From contig NC_043004.1 of the NCBI RefSeq assembly GCF_006345805.1, positions 23,746,001 to 23,810,000 on the forward strand: 64,000 nt of DNA, in the 5' to 3' direction. This DNA is from Octopus sinensis. Its lineage: Eukaryota. Below the pieces are notes generated by a model that saw only the letters and a program-made list of their open reading frames with translations, made no database searches and was not told where the DNA came from. Of the stretch, positions 52,420 through 64,000 are shown one piece after another (the first letter of the stretch is position 1; every line of letters starts with the position of its first letter). The translations under genes and the position numbers were made by a program.

Positions 52420-52448
52420 CATTATTTTTTAAATACAGTGTAAAAATT
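52246..52448. repeat. Near-perfect palindrome: 31/32-bp arms around a (TA)n core
   Basis: aatttttacactgtattaaaaaataatgata ... tatcattattttttaaatacagtgtaaaaatt; one indel between arms. Confidence 0.9.
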
Positions 52449-52661
52449 AAATACTTATTTTTAACGCGTAGCCAGCGTGAGTAAAAATGTCTGTAGATTG
52501 CCAAACTTAGTATATTATATGTGTGTATAAGAGCTATACACTGAGGGAAAGCCACTGAGTAGTTTTCCACCACGCTAGAAATGGGCGTTAAATTCAAAAC
52601 CACGAAAAAGCTATTCAAATTCTAGCATTGCTTCCACCTGTGAAATTCCCATATTCTTAAC

Positions 52662-52693
<32 letters not shown>

Positions 52694-53453
52694 TGTATGT
52701 ATGTATGTATGTATGTATGTATGTATGTATGTATGTATGTATGTATGTATGTATTATGTATGTATGTATGTATGTATGTATTATGTATGTACGTATGTAT
52801 TATGTATGTACGTATGTAGTATGTATGTATATATAAATACATATACATGTATGTACGTATATGTATATATGTGTGTGTATATATATACATACATAACAGA
52901 TTAGCTAGGTGCAAATATCCCTAAAAGATATAACATGTCCGAAGAATTTACTAGTTTATATTACGTATATCAATAACAATGTTACTTCAATAGGTAAATA
53001 AAATAAACATACAGCTTATTAACATATATATGTCAATGGAAGATGGAAAAACAAAACAAAACAATAAATTGAACAATTATAGATTCAATTCAATGTAAAT
53101 ATTTTATACAAACAAATGATACATCTCATAAATTACACCTGTTTCCGCTTCATTCATAAACAAAGTTTTTCAAGAAAATTCGAATACCGTTTGAATCTGT
53201 AATGATGCTTCATCAGATTAACAGAACTTCTTAACTATTTGCTCGTATAAAATATTTAAATTGAATTTACAACTGCTCAATGTATTGTTTTGTTCCGTTA
53301 TTCCATTTCTGACTTACATATAAATATATATATATATATAGCGAGAGAGAGAGAGAGAGAGACAAATCGAATAATCGGACATTATGAATAACAATAACAA
53401 AACAACAAGAGAATGTATTAATTTGCTTGATAAAGGTGGAAAAAAGAGAAAGT

Positions 53454-53489
53454 TTTTGAAGTTTCGAGCATAGCTCTTCATCAGAAAGG
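53454..53489 (-). ncRNA. Minimal hammerhead motif (PLE-type), stem III damaged
   Basis: Reverse complement reads CCUUU-CUGAUGA-A-GAGC-UAU-GCUC-GAAA-CU-UC-AAAA. Confidence 0.55.
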
Positions 53490-53794
53490 AAACCAGAAAG
53501 GCGCAGAGAAGGAAAGCACCACGTGTGTGAGAGTAATAGAGTGCCTCACATTTAACCAGTGCATTCGATATCCATATATTCTATTAACTCTCTAAAATAA
53601 ATGCCAGTTCAAAAAATTCATACTAAAGGAGTAATCGTTTACATTGACAGCAATGCTCAACTGATACTTATTTCATCGTTGCTCATGATGATTACCTTAG
53701 ATATAATGTATAGCGTAACTGTCACATGGACATGTGTAAAGATATATAAATATATAATGTAATACTATATTCTTTACAATTGTTATTTCTTTAT

Positions 53795-54007
53795 TGCCAA
53801 CAAGGGGCTAAACATAGAGGGAACAAACAAAAGGATTAAGTCGATCAGATCGAACCCAGTGCGTAACTGGTACTTAATTTATCGACCCTGAAAGGATGAA
53901 AGGCAAAGTCGACCTCGGCTGAATTTAAACTCAGAACGTAACGGCAGACGAAATACCGCTAAGCATTTCGCCCGGCGTGCTAACGATTCTGCCAGCTCGC
54001 CGCCTTA
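53795..54007 (-). mobile_element. SINE family A (tRNA-derived), near full length
   Basis: High similarity to the array units; intact head ctgccagctcgccgcc. Confidence 0.9.
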
Positions 54008-54208
54008 ATATTCAGTACAATTGTACCAGTATTAAAACCTACAAATAAAGTATAGTGTGTTAAAAGATAGTTGTTGATACGTATCTTGGATTTAGAAGAT
54101 TTTCATATATCTATATCTAACAGATATCTAGCTCTCTATATCTCAAAAGAAAGCTTAGAAATTATATACAAATTATATAAAAAATCGGCAGTTAAAAATG
54201 TTACTTAC

Positions 54209-54347
54209 GTTCTGGGGGGCATTTAGAACCATCAAAGCCACATTTCGGTGTATCTGGCGGTGCTTCTTGCCGACCACCTGGCCAATGAATCCTTTTATTC
54301 TGAACAGGTTCATACATTTTTGTTCTTCCATAGTAGTTTGCGACAAC
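54209..54347 (-). CDS. NPR1-like: Receptor guanylyl cyclase (natriuretic peptide receptor-like), last extracellular-domain exon
   Basis: Minus strand ttttattcaatag|GTTGTCGCA...CCAGAAC|gtaagt; 139 nt, phase 0 to 1; VVANYYGRTKMYEPVQNKRIHWPGGRQEAPPDTPKCGFDGSKCPPE with the receptor-GC juxtamembrane motif W-x(5-7)-PPDTPxCGFDGxxC. The true frame is not the one listed in the ORF track. Confidence 0.93.
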
Positions 54348-54579
54348 CTATTGAATAAAAGTGAAATACTAAGCGGTGATGAAGATGAAATAAGCAAAAT
54401 ACATGCATGTTACGAACATTTCTTTACTACTACTACTACTACTACTACCACTACTAGAAGCATAGAACTATTATAGTTAATTGTCGAATGCTAGTGAAAC
54501 AGGTTAGAATCATGAAATGAGATTCGTTCTAAGGAAGGGGACATGCTGTCCTATTTTTCTGATTTGAATTAGATATCAC

Positions 54580-54776
54580 TTTCTAATTTTGGTACAAGAC
54601 CAGCAGTTTCTGAGGTATGGGTAAGTCGATTACACCAACTGATGCTTATTTTGTGAATCTCGAAAGGCTGAAATGTGAAGTCGACTCCGGCGGAATATGA
54701 ACTCGTAATGTAAAATCGAACGAAATGCCGCTGAACATTTTAACAGGCATGCCAACGATTCTGCCAGCACGCCACC
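54580..54776 (-). mobile_element. SINE family A, diverged
   Basis: aagtcgactccggcggaatatgaactc...gattctgccagcacgcc. Confidence 0.8.
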
Positions 54777-54924
54777 CTGTTTAAGATAGATATTGGTCGA
54801 GAGGAAAAGGGTAGCATTCAGCTACGAAACGCCATGTATTAGAGTTTGTAAGAAGTCTTTGGCTGAATTGACCGGACGAAGATCTTGACAGAGAGTGAGA
54901 GTAGATGAGATTGCTATCATATAC

Positions 54925-55310
54925 CTTTTATCTTTTACTTGTTTCAGTCATTAGACTGCGGCTAGGTCGGAGTATCACCTTAAAGAATTTTTACGCGACG
55001 GTTTCTTGTACAGCACTTATCTTAGTTAAAGCCTGATACCACCGCAAATGTTGCTGAGACATAAAAACACAAATATCGGTTGTCAAAATGGTTGTAGGAA
55101 GACGAACACAGGAACAAAAGGGGGCGTGCAAGCGCGCACCCACCCACACATATATGACGGGCTTCTTCTGTCTACAGAATCCACTAACAAAACTTTGGTT
55201 GAACCGAAGCTATAATAGAAAACACTTGCCTAAGATGCCATGCAGTGGGATTGAGTCTGAAACCATGTGGTTGAGAAGCAGACTTCTCACCATATAGTCA
55301 CGCCTGCGTT
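54925..55310 (-). mobile_element. SINE family B
   Basis: Reverse-complement match to the head and tail of 39621-40056. Confidence 0.8.
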
Positions 55311-55818
55311 TATAAGCTATAAGTTAGCATATATTCTTTTGTCTTTGATATGAAGAATAGCTATAGTGGACTGTATGGTTTATTGAATTAAACCGATACA
55401 TTACTGGTATTTAATAAATCACTTCACAAAATATCAAAAATACAACTCTAAATTATCTGAACTCGGTATAAAGAAATTCGGAGATCTACTATTGGTAGGT
55501 TACTTTTAGTATGAAACAAATATAGTGTACTTGCTGAGGTTAACTCTACAGGATTTCAATAAAAATTATAGCCAGTACTGATTTGCTACGACGTCTAATG
55601 TAGACAACAATGCGATCGAAGATGGAAAATTAGGGTGTATATGCATATTTCAGGAATTCTTGCTCCTTCTTCAGTAACACGTTCAACCCATTAAACATCC
55701 ACGAATTCATTGCTTAAATTGTTATTAAATATAGCGGTGTAACATTATTCGATATACCAATTTTATCAGTAAGACACAACATTGACTTTTAAAGCATTTA
55801 ATATATTTTGTATCATAA

Positions 55819-56569
55819 GGCGGCGAGCTGGCAGAAACGTTAACACGCCGGGCGAAAGTCTGAGCGGTATTTCGTCTGCAGCTACGTTCTGAGTTCAAAT
55901 TCCGCCGAGATCGACTGTGCCTTTCATCCTTTCGGCGTCGATAAATTAAGTACCAGTTATGTACTGGGGTCGATCTAATCGACTTAATCCATTTGCCTGT
56001 CTTTGTTTGTCCTCTCTGTGTTTAGCCCCTTGTGGGTAGTAAAGAAATAGGTATTTCGTCTGCCGTTACGTTCTGAGTTCAAATTCAGCCGAGGTCGACT
56101 TTGCCTTTCATCCTTTTCGGGGTTGATAAATTAAGTACCAGTTACACACTGGAGTTGATGTAATCGACTTGATCCCTTTGTCTGTCGTCGTTTGTCCCCT
56201 TGTGGGCAATAAAGAAATAAGAAACATTAACATGCCGGGCGAAATGCTTAGCGGTATCTCGTCTGCCGCTACGTTCTGAGTTCAAATTCCGCCGAGGTCA
56301 ACTTTGCCTTTCATACTTTCGGGGTCGATTGAATAAGTACCTGTTACGCACTGGAGTCGATATAATCGACTTAATCCGTTTGTCTGTCCTTGTTTGACCT
56401 CTCTGTGTTTAGCCCCTTGTGGGTAGTAAAGAAATAGGTATTTCGTATGTCTTTACGTTCTGTGTTCAAATTACACCAAGGTCGACTTTGTCTTTCATCT
56501 TTTCGGTGTCGATCTAATCGACTGGCCGCCGCCCCAAACATTTCGGGCCATGTGCCGAGAGTAGAAAAG
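55819..56569 (+). mobile_element. Tandem array of 4 SINE family A units
   Basis: Head GGCGGCGAGCTGGCAGAAACG at 55819, then repeats of cgttctg(a/t)gttcaaatt; flanked by aatatattttgta on both sides. Confidence 0.9.
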
Positions 56570-59354
56570 AATATATTTTGTAGTATATAATGGTTGCATA
56601 ACGAAATACGGTGGCCCTAACAAGTCATTAACATGTACGTACCAGCTGCCAGGAATGTGTTTAATATGTAAATTTGGTATATTCAATAACGTTAGACTGG
56701 TGTATTTAGTGGTTATGTAAGCAATAAGTTTGTGGATGGTTAACAGGTTGGATGTGGTGCTGATGATAAAGGAGCAAGAACTCTTGAATTATGAATATAC
56801 CTATTTTTCCATTTCGATCTTGTTGCTTATATCATACGGATGCGAAACGTCGTAACAAATCAGTGCTAGCTATAATCTCTACAGAAAATCTCTAGAGATA
56901 CCTAAAATAAGCAGACATGTGAAGGAAAGATATGTATGAAAAAAAAAAAACACTACCGCCTAAACTGGGAATATCAATCGGCAATTTATCAAAACATCTA
57001 AAATTTAAGAAATCTTACAAGAAATTAATTAATATTTCAGCATTCCAATAAGAGATTTATAAATCAACTTATAGTGAATGTAAACACTGTAACTATTGAA
57101 TCAATAATAAAAACCACATCCGTACAAACAGATAATCGATGGACGTAGTACAGTAAACTTTTTCAAAGTTTACATAAGATTTACTATTTGTATTAGCAGA
57201 GTGAGTTGCTCCTAAAAATCAAATACTTATTAGTTTGAGAATTAAACGTGACAACTAAGCATAAAACAATGAGTGAAGCATTTTTGAAAATAGAATGACA
57301 TTGTTTCTCTGTAAACGCTCAAGGTAAGTAAAATTGCAGCGGAATATAAATAGATTTAAAGAAGTAGACGTAGTTATTTGTAATCACAAACAACAGAATT
57401 TTTTAATAAATTACCAAGGCAGGAAAACAAATGTCTTATAGTGTGAATATATGAATACTTCACAACACACAATTTACGTACAACGTTCTCATTCAGCAGC
57501 CAAACATATATATATATGTATGTACGTATGTATGTATATCGTCATATACACACATAGATATGCTTACATCATATACATACATACATACATACATACATAC
57601 ATACATACATACATACACACACATATTTATGCACACACACGCATATACATATGTTCATTTATAAACTCACATACATATATATAAACCTATGTGTGTGCAT
57701 ATATATATTATACGTATATACATACACACATATGTACGTACGTACATACATACATACATACATTCATACATTCATACATACATACATACATATCAGAGAT
57801 AGTCTTCAGTTACTTTAACTGATTGCAGCTCACAGAAAGAAATGCGGAATCGTAAATAATTCCATTCATATAGATCAATTCTACTAACTTCGTACTGAGA
57901 GATGGATAATTTTTGTCTGCTCTATCCATAACATATTACATGTTATTTTTGCGTGAGCACTTGTATTTCCGTTCAAAATAGACGAAACAACTCTACATTA
58001 CTTTGCGTCTAGATTTCTTTACAAAGCTCTTATCATTGCGAATTCCTGAATAATATATGTAATTTGATATGTCATTTTGTAATTTATATTAAATGATAAG
58101 AATATATTTTGGTATATAATCTCTGTTCAGAGATAGGTTTTCTAACAATTTTTTTCCTAGATTCTATGCGGTTTTCCATAGTCATGCGATTCATAAAAAA
58201 TGTCAGCGTATGGCTGAACTACGTCAAGCTTTGCACTTTAATCTCTGAATTATCTTTCCGACAGTTTTTAAAGACTATTTTACATTTTTCCTTTCATTTT
58301 TCTTTTGTTATACTGCCCAACGACTTTGATATTTATGGCTAAAACAAAGAACATAGCAAATTTTCAAGTATTACCTACGTAGGAGGTTACGATCTGAAAC
58401 TCCTTTAAAGCCAGTATTTCCCAGATAACAAAAACAGGACTTCAACACTCATATTAATCAACTCCTATTTATTCATTTGAGAATTTTTGTAAATAGGAAT
58501 ATCACACGACACCCATATAACCAAACTGTGATTAATGAGCAATGACTACTTTGTGTAAAAAAATTGATTCATTGTCCAAGCGATTACAAATAAGTGTGAG
58601 TTGGTAGATTCTGTGCATCAAAAACAAAATATTTGTGGCATTTGTTTCCATGTTTCATTAAGTCCCTTTACAATCATATCAGTTTTATTTTCCATCTATG
58701 GTGAAACAACAAAACGTGTGCGTCTGGCGGTTCACGCCGTCATCACTTAAAGTTTGAGAGTTACATCTTTACGGACGATTCTTCAGTAGAAGTAAAACGA
58801 AACATCTTCAAAAAATTATATACACACACATCTACAAAACAAACAAGCATACATTATGTACATGTCTATGGACGTATTCACACACACGCAGGCACATATG
58901 CTTGGTGGTGGTGGTGGTGGTGGTGTATATTAAAAGTAGATATTGCGATTTGGCACCGCTATAGATATGTTTTTGTTAGTGAGTACAGGTAGTTACGTGG
59001 TTTTGAGATGTTTAATATGTTTAATACATTAACTAAGAGTACTGCGACACCTGTTTATATCAGACTACCGCCTAATAATACTCTGTGAACTCATGATCAG
59101 AACTTGTCTTGACATTTGTGTGAGTGTGTATGTGTGTGCGTGTGCATTAGCGACTGAGTAAACCCATTATTACCTCGCTAACTGTCGTTGCATTCTGGTA
59201 TATGAAGAAGAAACTTACTCAGGTGGTACGTTATATTATCAACAACTTCAACATGTTCGTATTTCAAGTAAGACTTTAATATAAGTAAGATATTCGAGGA
59301 CAAAATTTTTGGAGTATTAGGATTATGTTTACCTGACTAATATTTGTGTAGATG

Positions 59355-59550
59355 AAAGCGGCAAGCTGGCAGAATCGTTATCGCGTCACGTAAAATGCTT
59401 AGAGGTATGTCGTCCGTTTTTACGTTCTGAGGTCAAATTCCACCGAGACCGACTTTGCTTTTCATCCTATCAGGATCGATAAAATATGTACCAGTTGAGC
59501 ACGAGGGTCGATCTAATTGAATTATCCCTCGCGCAAATAATTGCTTGTGC
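59355..59550 (+). mobile_element. SINE family A
   Basis: agcggcaagctggcagaatcg...cgttctgaggtcaaattcc. Confidence 0.8.
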
Positions 59551-60175
59551 CTACACTTGAAAACATAGATGATATCGATTCGCAATGAGTCTCCATAGTA
59601 ACACCAACAGCCTGCCTGTTATACGTGCTTTTGATACAGTCGATTCTGTTGCAAACATTGACACAAACTCTGAGTTCTGAGAGTAGTCAATCAATCATGG
59701 TTTCCTCCAACAGCACTTCTTAGACTCACTGCAAAAATCATGGTTGTTGCTGCCCCTCTTACTCTGATTAAGCCTAAAACAGTTTTATATTTTCGGGGTT
59801 GAATTCACCTTTTGTCTGTTCTCAGTCGGCAGAATTATTACACATGACAAGCAGATCGCCAGAAATTGGACATTACATACTGGTTCACAGAAAATAGTCT
59901 TCACTTTTTAAAACTAAAATCGATACAAAGAGATTAGTCACCTAAACGCGGCGGCAAAAGTAATTTTGAAGGAAAACTCAAAATAGAAACACAAAATAAC
60001 ATAAATGTTAAATTAGTTCACTGTAAATACATTATCTAGAAGAATTCTAAATAACATTTATTCCAGCAATTGGAATATTTTCGTAAGATTGCGGTAGCAA
60101 CGTTAAAAAACATATTTGCGTCTTTCTATAAATTATCGTAATATAGAGGAATTGAAATCGTTTGGTGAATAACAT

Positions 60176-60212
<37 letters not shown>

Positions 60213-61350
60213 ATGTGCGTGTGTGTGTGCATGAATATGTGCGTGTGCGTATATGTGAGTATGTGTATGCATGTGTATGTGCCTGTGTGTCTGTGTGTTA
60301 TCTAAATTATTCTTATCTAGGTAGAAGACTACACGTTTATAGGTGACGGATCTAATCTATTGAATTAACACACAAACGTAGTAGGACCATGTTTCTTTAG
60401 AAAAAAGGATAAAACAATGTGCAGGGTTGAAGGGCAAGATCGATCTCAGCTTGATTTGAAATCAGGAGGAATCGATACGTAACTATATACTACAACATAT
60501 TTAGATTGGCGCTCTACTTTATCTGTCACGTCTTCACATTCCTTGTTCTCTACAGCATTAACATAACAAGGAAGGGATGCTTTCAAATTCTTAATACTGG
60601 AAACGACGAATGCTGTAGAGAGTCGTTAATAGACGAGGAAATATGCTAAAATATTTCCGCAAATTATTCTACATCAATAAATTTAATGAATATTTTACTG
60701 TGAATAAGACTTAATTGGAAATATTATTATGAAATATTGGAAGAAAGTTAATTCATTTTCAGAGTGAATTATAGAATTCATATATTTAGAAATACAGCGT
60801 GAAAGTGCATTAGTAATAACAGTGGCTTAAGAAGTTATTATTACATAGTGTCAGCTGAAGGAGCAACGAGGTGATGTTTACATCTAGAGTTCGATACACA
60901 GCTATGACCTTGTTACAGATACTTAAATGTTGATAGTTCATTTCGATTACTTGTTAATAAGATTGACAGGGCAGTGTGTCGGTTACCATTTAATATGGGA
61001 ATTAGTGTGGATATGGCAGCGTGGTTAAAATTTGTGTTTCTCAAAGACAGAGATGTAATACCGGGTTCAAACCCACTTCATTCTATCTTAGGCAATTCCA
61101 TTCTACTATACACTTGAGGTTCAGCAATTTCTTGTGAGTTAAACTGGGTAGACAGAAACTGCGCTGAAGTTTCACTTCAATAGAATATACAGATCGTTGA
61201 GTAACCGGCTTTAACTGTCACCCAGTTTAATATTGTCAGCTTGCTTTTGGATGACTCTAGCAGAGTTCACTTACGTCCATGCTTTCAATCCAGCCCTCTA
61301 CATCTGAGAATACACCGGTTCCATTACTTCTACAAGTATCAGAGACTCCC

Positions 61351-61410
<60 letters not shown>

Positions 61411-61497
61411 GTGTGTGTGTGACGCCATGATAGATCATTAGCTCCTACACGCATTTTTTCTCTCTTTGTTTCTCTCCTTGTTTTTTTTTCTGTGTAT

Positions 61498-61533
61498 CTT
61501 TCTGTCGAAGAGCGTAGGCTCGAAACGTAAAAG
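61498..61533 (+). ncRNA. Minimal hammerhead (PLE pseudo-LTR) with CUGUCGA core variant
   Basis: CUUU-CUGUCGA-A-GAGC-GUAG-GCUC-GAAA-CG-UA-AAAG: stem I 4 bp, stem II 4 bp, ACGU palindrome, GUA triplet. Confidence 0.6.
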
Positions 61534-61630
61534 ACTTTTTCTATTTCTATTCTGAGCGCTATACTAATACATTTGTTTGTTTGTACTCCACCTGCCTTCG
61601 TCTTTTGTTTATTTTCGTAAACTTTCCCGT

Positions 61631-61663
<33 letters not shown>

Positions 61664-61997
61664 TATATATTATATATATAATTATATAAGGTTATTTATT
61701 ATGGTCGGTCATAAAGTAACTGTTGCCTTCACACCGATGATACTCGTAGGTGTATTGGCGACTCGTCCAACTTAAGTGGCTGGAGACACGTAGCCTCTCG
61801 ATAACAATACAGCTAAGCGCTTTATAGGTGCGAAACAAATGGTCACACTCTGACCGGTTATAACCCTTTAAATGCATCATTTCTCTAATGTTTTAGTGTG
61901 CTTCTTTTACGGAATTATGATTTACTGATGATATTTATATATAAGTGTGTGTGTGCTTTGCCCGGAGCGAGGTTATAGTGTGTGTATGTATGTATGT

Positions 61998-62068
<71 letters not shown>

Positions 62069-62205
62069 ACATTTCCATCATTAATTTACTCCGAAAATCT
62101 TCATTAAAAAAACTTGGAAGAATACTTAACAAGAGAATCATTATCATACAATACTGCAGTTTATATATACATATATATACATATATATGCATGTATGTAT
62201 GTATG

Positions 62206-62246
<41 letters not shown>

Positions 62247-63023
62247 ACGTCTATGTATAAGTGTGTGTGTGTACATATATATATATATGCACACACACAC
62301 ACATATATATTTCTGCTTACACACACACACAGATGCACACACACATATATATGATATATCCTGTGTGTCAGTGCGTACGACTTTGTTTTGTGTGTATTTT
62401 TGCTTGCCTAAATGTAAAGAAGTCACCAGTATAAGTCTCATAAGGATAAGTACATATCTATATTTATCTATATCGAAATTCTTCTTGGGATTAGTAGAAT
62501 AACAGTAAGATCTTGATTTGCAATTTCAAAGAGACTGTGTCGATAAAATTACGATGTAAAAGTTGATTGTTCAAGTCTGTAGCCTCCAGTTATCTATTTG
62601 CACTACCATTCCTAGTTATTTACAAAACATTGACGTGAATCACTAATTCTTTGAATCGCCAGACAAATATTGGTATATTGACAGAATAAAACAAGTACTG
62701 ATGTCTATGTTCATGGGAAGCAAACTTTTCGTGTTATTTAGCCAATGATTTATAAACACACCGAACGTACACAAACGGACGAATGACAGCTTATTGACTT
62801 CTGTAGCCAAGGTCATTGAGTGAGATTGTATATTCGATAAACATATATAATCATGTCACGACTGCGTGGTAAGAAGGTCACTCCTACGCATAGGGTTCTG
62901 GGTTCAGTCTCACATCACAGCACTTTCAGAAGTGTTGTTTTACTATAGCCACAGTCGGGCAAAGTAGATTTGTGAGTAGATTTTGTAGAAGCTAGTCGTG
63001 TATATATATATAATATATATATA

Positions 63024-63081
<58 letters not shown>

Positions 63082-63197
63082 TGTGTGTGTATATTAGTAA
63101 CAGAAGGGAGGAATTTCGATTATCCCCACGTGGTGAGTTGTAATGTATATAAAAAATTAAACAAAAACGCACACATACATAGTTTTAACAATTCTTA

Positions 63198-63860
63198 ATA
63201 TATCGACCGGTTTCGCTATCGCTATTCATGATATTTTTTACTTATTTGAATATGTATTTTTTCTTAAGAAGAAATTTTGCCCATGTTGTGTGTGATGATA
63301 TTCACGAATGAATGACTTCATAAGTAGATAAATAAGGGGAGGTAATTGGTTATCGTTATTATCGTTATTGTTGTGGGTAAGGGAGATAATTGTTCAGCTT
63401 TCGGTAATGGGATGGGAATATATATGTACAGACAAAAACAAGCTTCGAAGACCTTGTTTAGTGAGAGAATTTATATACAGTGATGTAATCGTGAATTGAA
63501 ATATGTAAAGAGATAAAAGTTGGTTATGTGTGCATATTAAGACGTGTTCTGTATTTTTCAATGAAAAAGTTTCTTTATTTAAACGTTCGTGTGGAGATAT
63601 TGAGTCTTTGCACTGGTAGAAGGGGAAGACTGCGAAATTTGGTTTGCTGTTATCTGCACATTTTTCTATATGTTCACTGAGAGGAATTTACCTGTATTGC
63701 AGGAAACGGATTTGCTCTTTATGTAGAGTGGTTCTCTTTCTCAAGGTCATACTCGTTTGTCCAATATAGTTGTGTCCGCAACCCGAGCAGGTTATTACAT
63801 AAATTAGGTTCTCAGAGGCACAAATGAAACTAGTTTTAATTGTGAACCCCTGTCCTAGTT
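63198..63860 (-). mobile_element. Penelope-like element 3' end: GIY-YIG endonuclease remnant plus pseudo-LTR
   Basis: FICASENLIYVITCSGCGHNYIGQTSMTLRKRTTLHKEQIR (GIY-YIG with CxxC), continuing past a TAA and a frameshift; HHR-like GAAACCGGTC at about 63205. Confidence 0.8.
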
Positions 63861-63886
63861 TGTATATATATATATATATATATATA

Positions 63887-63946
<60 letters not shown>

Positions 63947-64000
63947 CACACACATATTATATATACATATATATACATTTACATATGTATATGTATGTGT

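Noticed and set aside
54173-54397. Listed 74-aa minus ORF over the exon
   Set aside because: Wrong frame; the receptor-GC peptide is in another frame bounded by AG/GT.
56755-56855. CTGATGA...GAAACGTC spaced about 75 nt apart
   Set aside because: Stem I and the 10.1-11.1 pair do not form.

Overview
AT-rich, microsatellite-saturated eukaryotic DNA whose tRNA-derived SINE families and repeat landscape look like an octopus (coleoid cephalopod) genome; the species call is an inference. The only host gene I can support is a minus-strand receptor guanylyl cyclase of the natriuretic peptide receptor (NPR1/NPR2-like) type. Three exons are visible: 54209-54347 (juxtamembrane CGFDGSKC), 32188-32272 (transmembrane helix) and 26495-26618 (start of the intracellular region). 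They splice in frame to 116 aa across introns of 21,936 and 5,569 bp. The flanking exons were not found, so the rest of the window is probably intronic. The introns hold three SINE families (including two tandem arrays), Penelope-like element (PLE) fragments with RT or GIY-YIG remnants and hammerhead ribozyme (HHR) motifs, R4/Dong-type RLE LINE fragments stacked in (AAT)n runs, a CR1/L2-group LINE 3' end, an RTE remnant, mariner remnants and MITEs, Helentron/HINE-like elements and several long inverted repeats. Most notable: (1) a canonical hammerhead at 3726-3813 with an antisense partial copy just upstream; (2) HHR copies in the host's sense orientation are all damaged while antisense copies look intact; (3) an inverted PLE carrying a tRNA-like module next to an HHR; (4) a 4-unit SINE concatemer flanked by one 13-bp direct repeat; (5) two candidate in-frame microexons. 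Almost all ORFs in the supplied track are microsatellite artefacts. All alignments and folds were done by eye; repeat boundaries are approximate.
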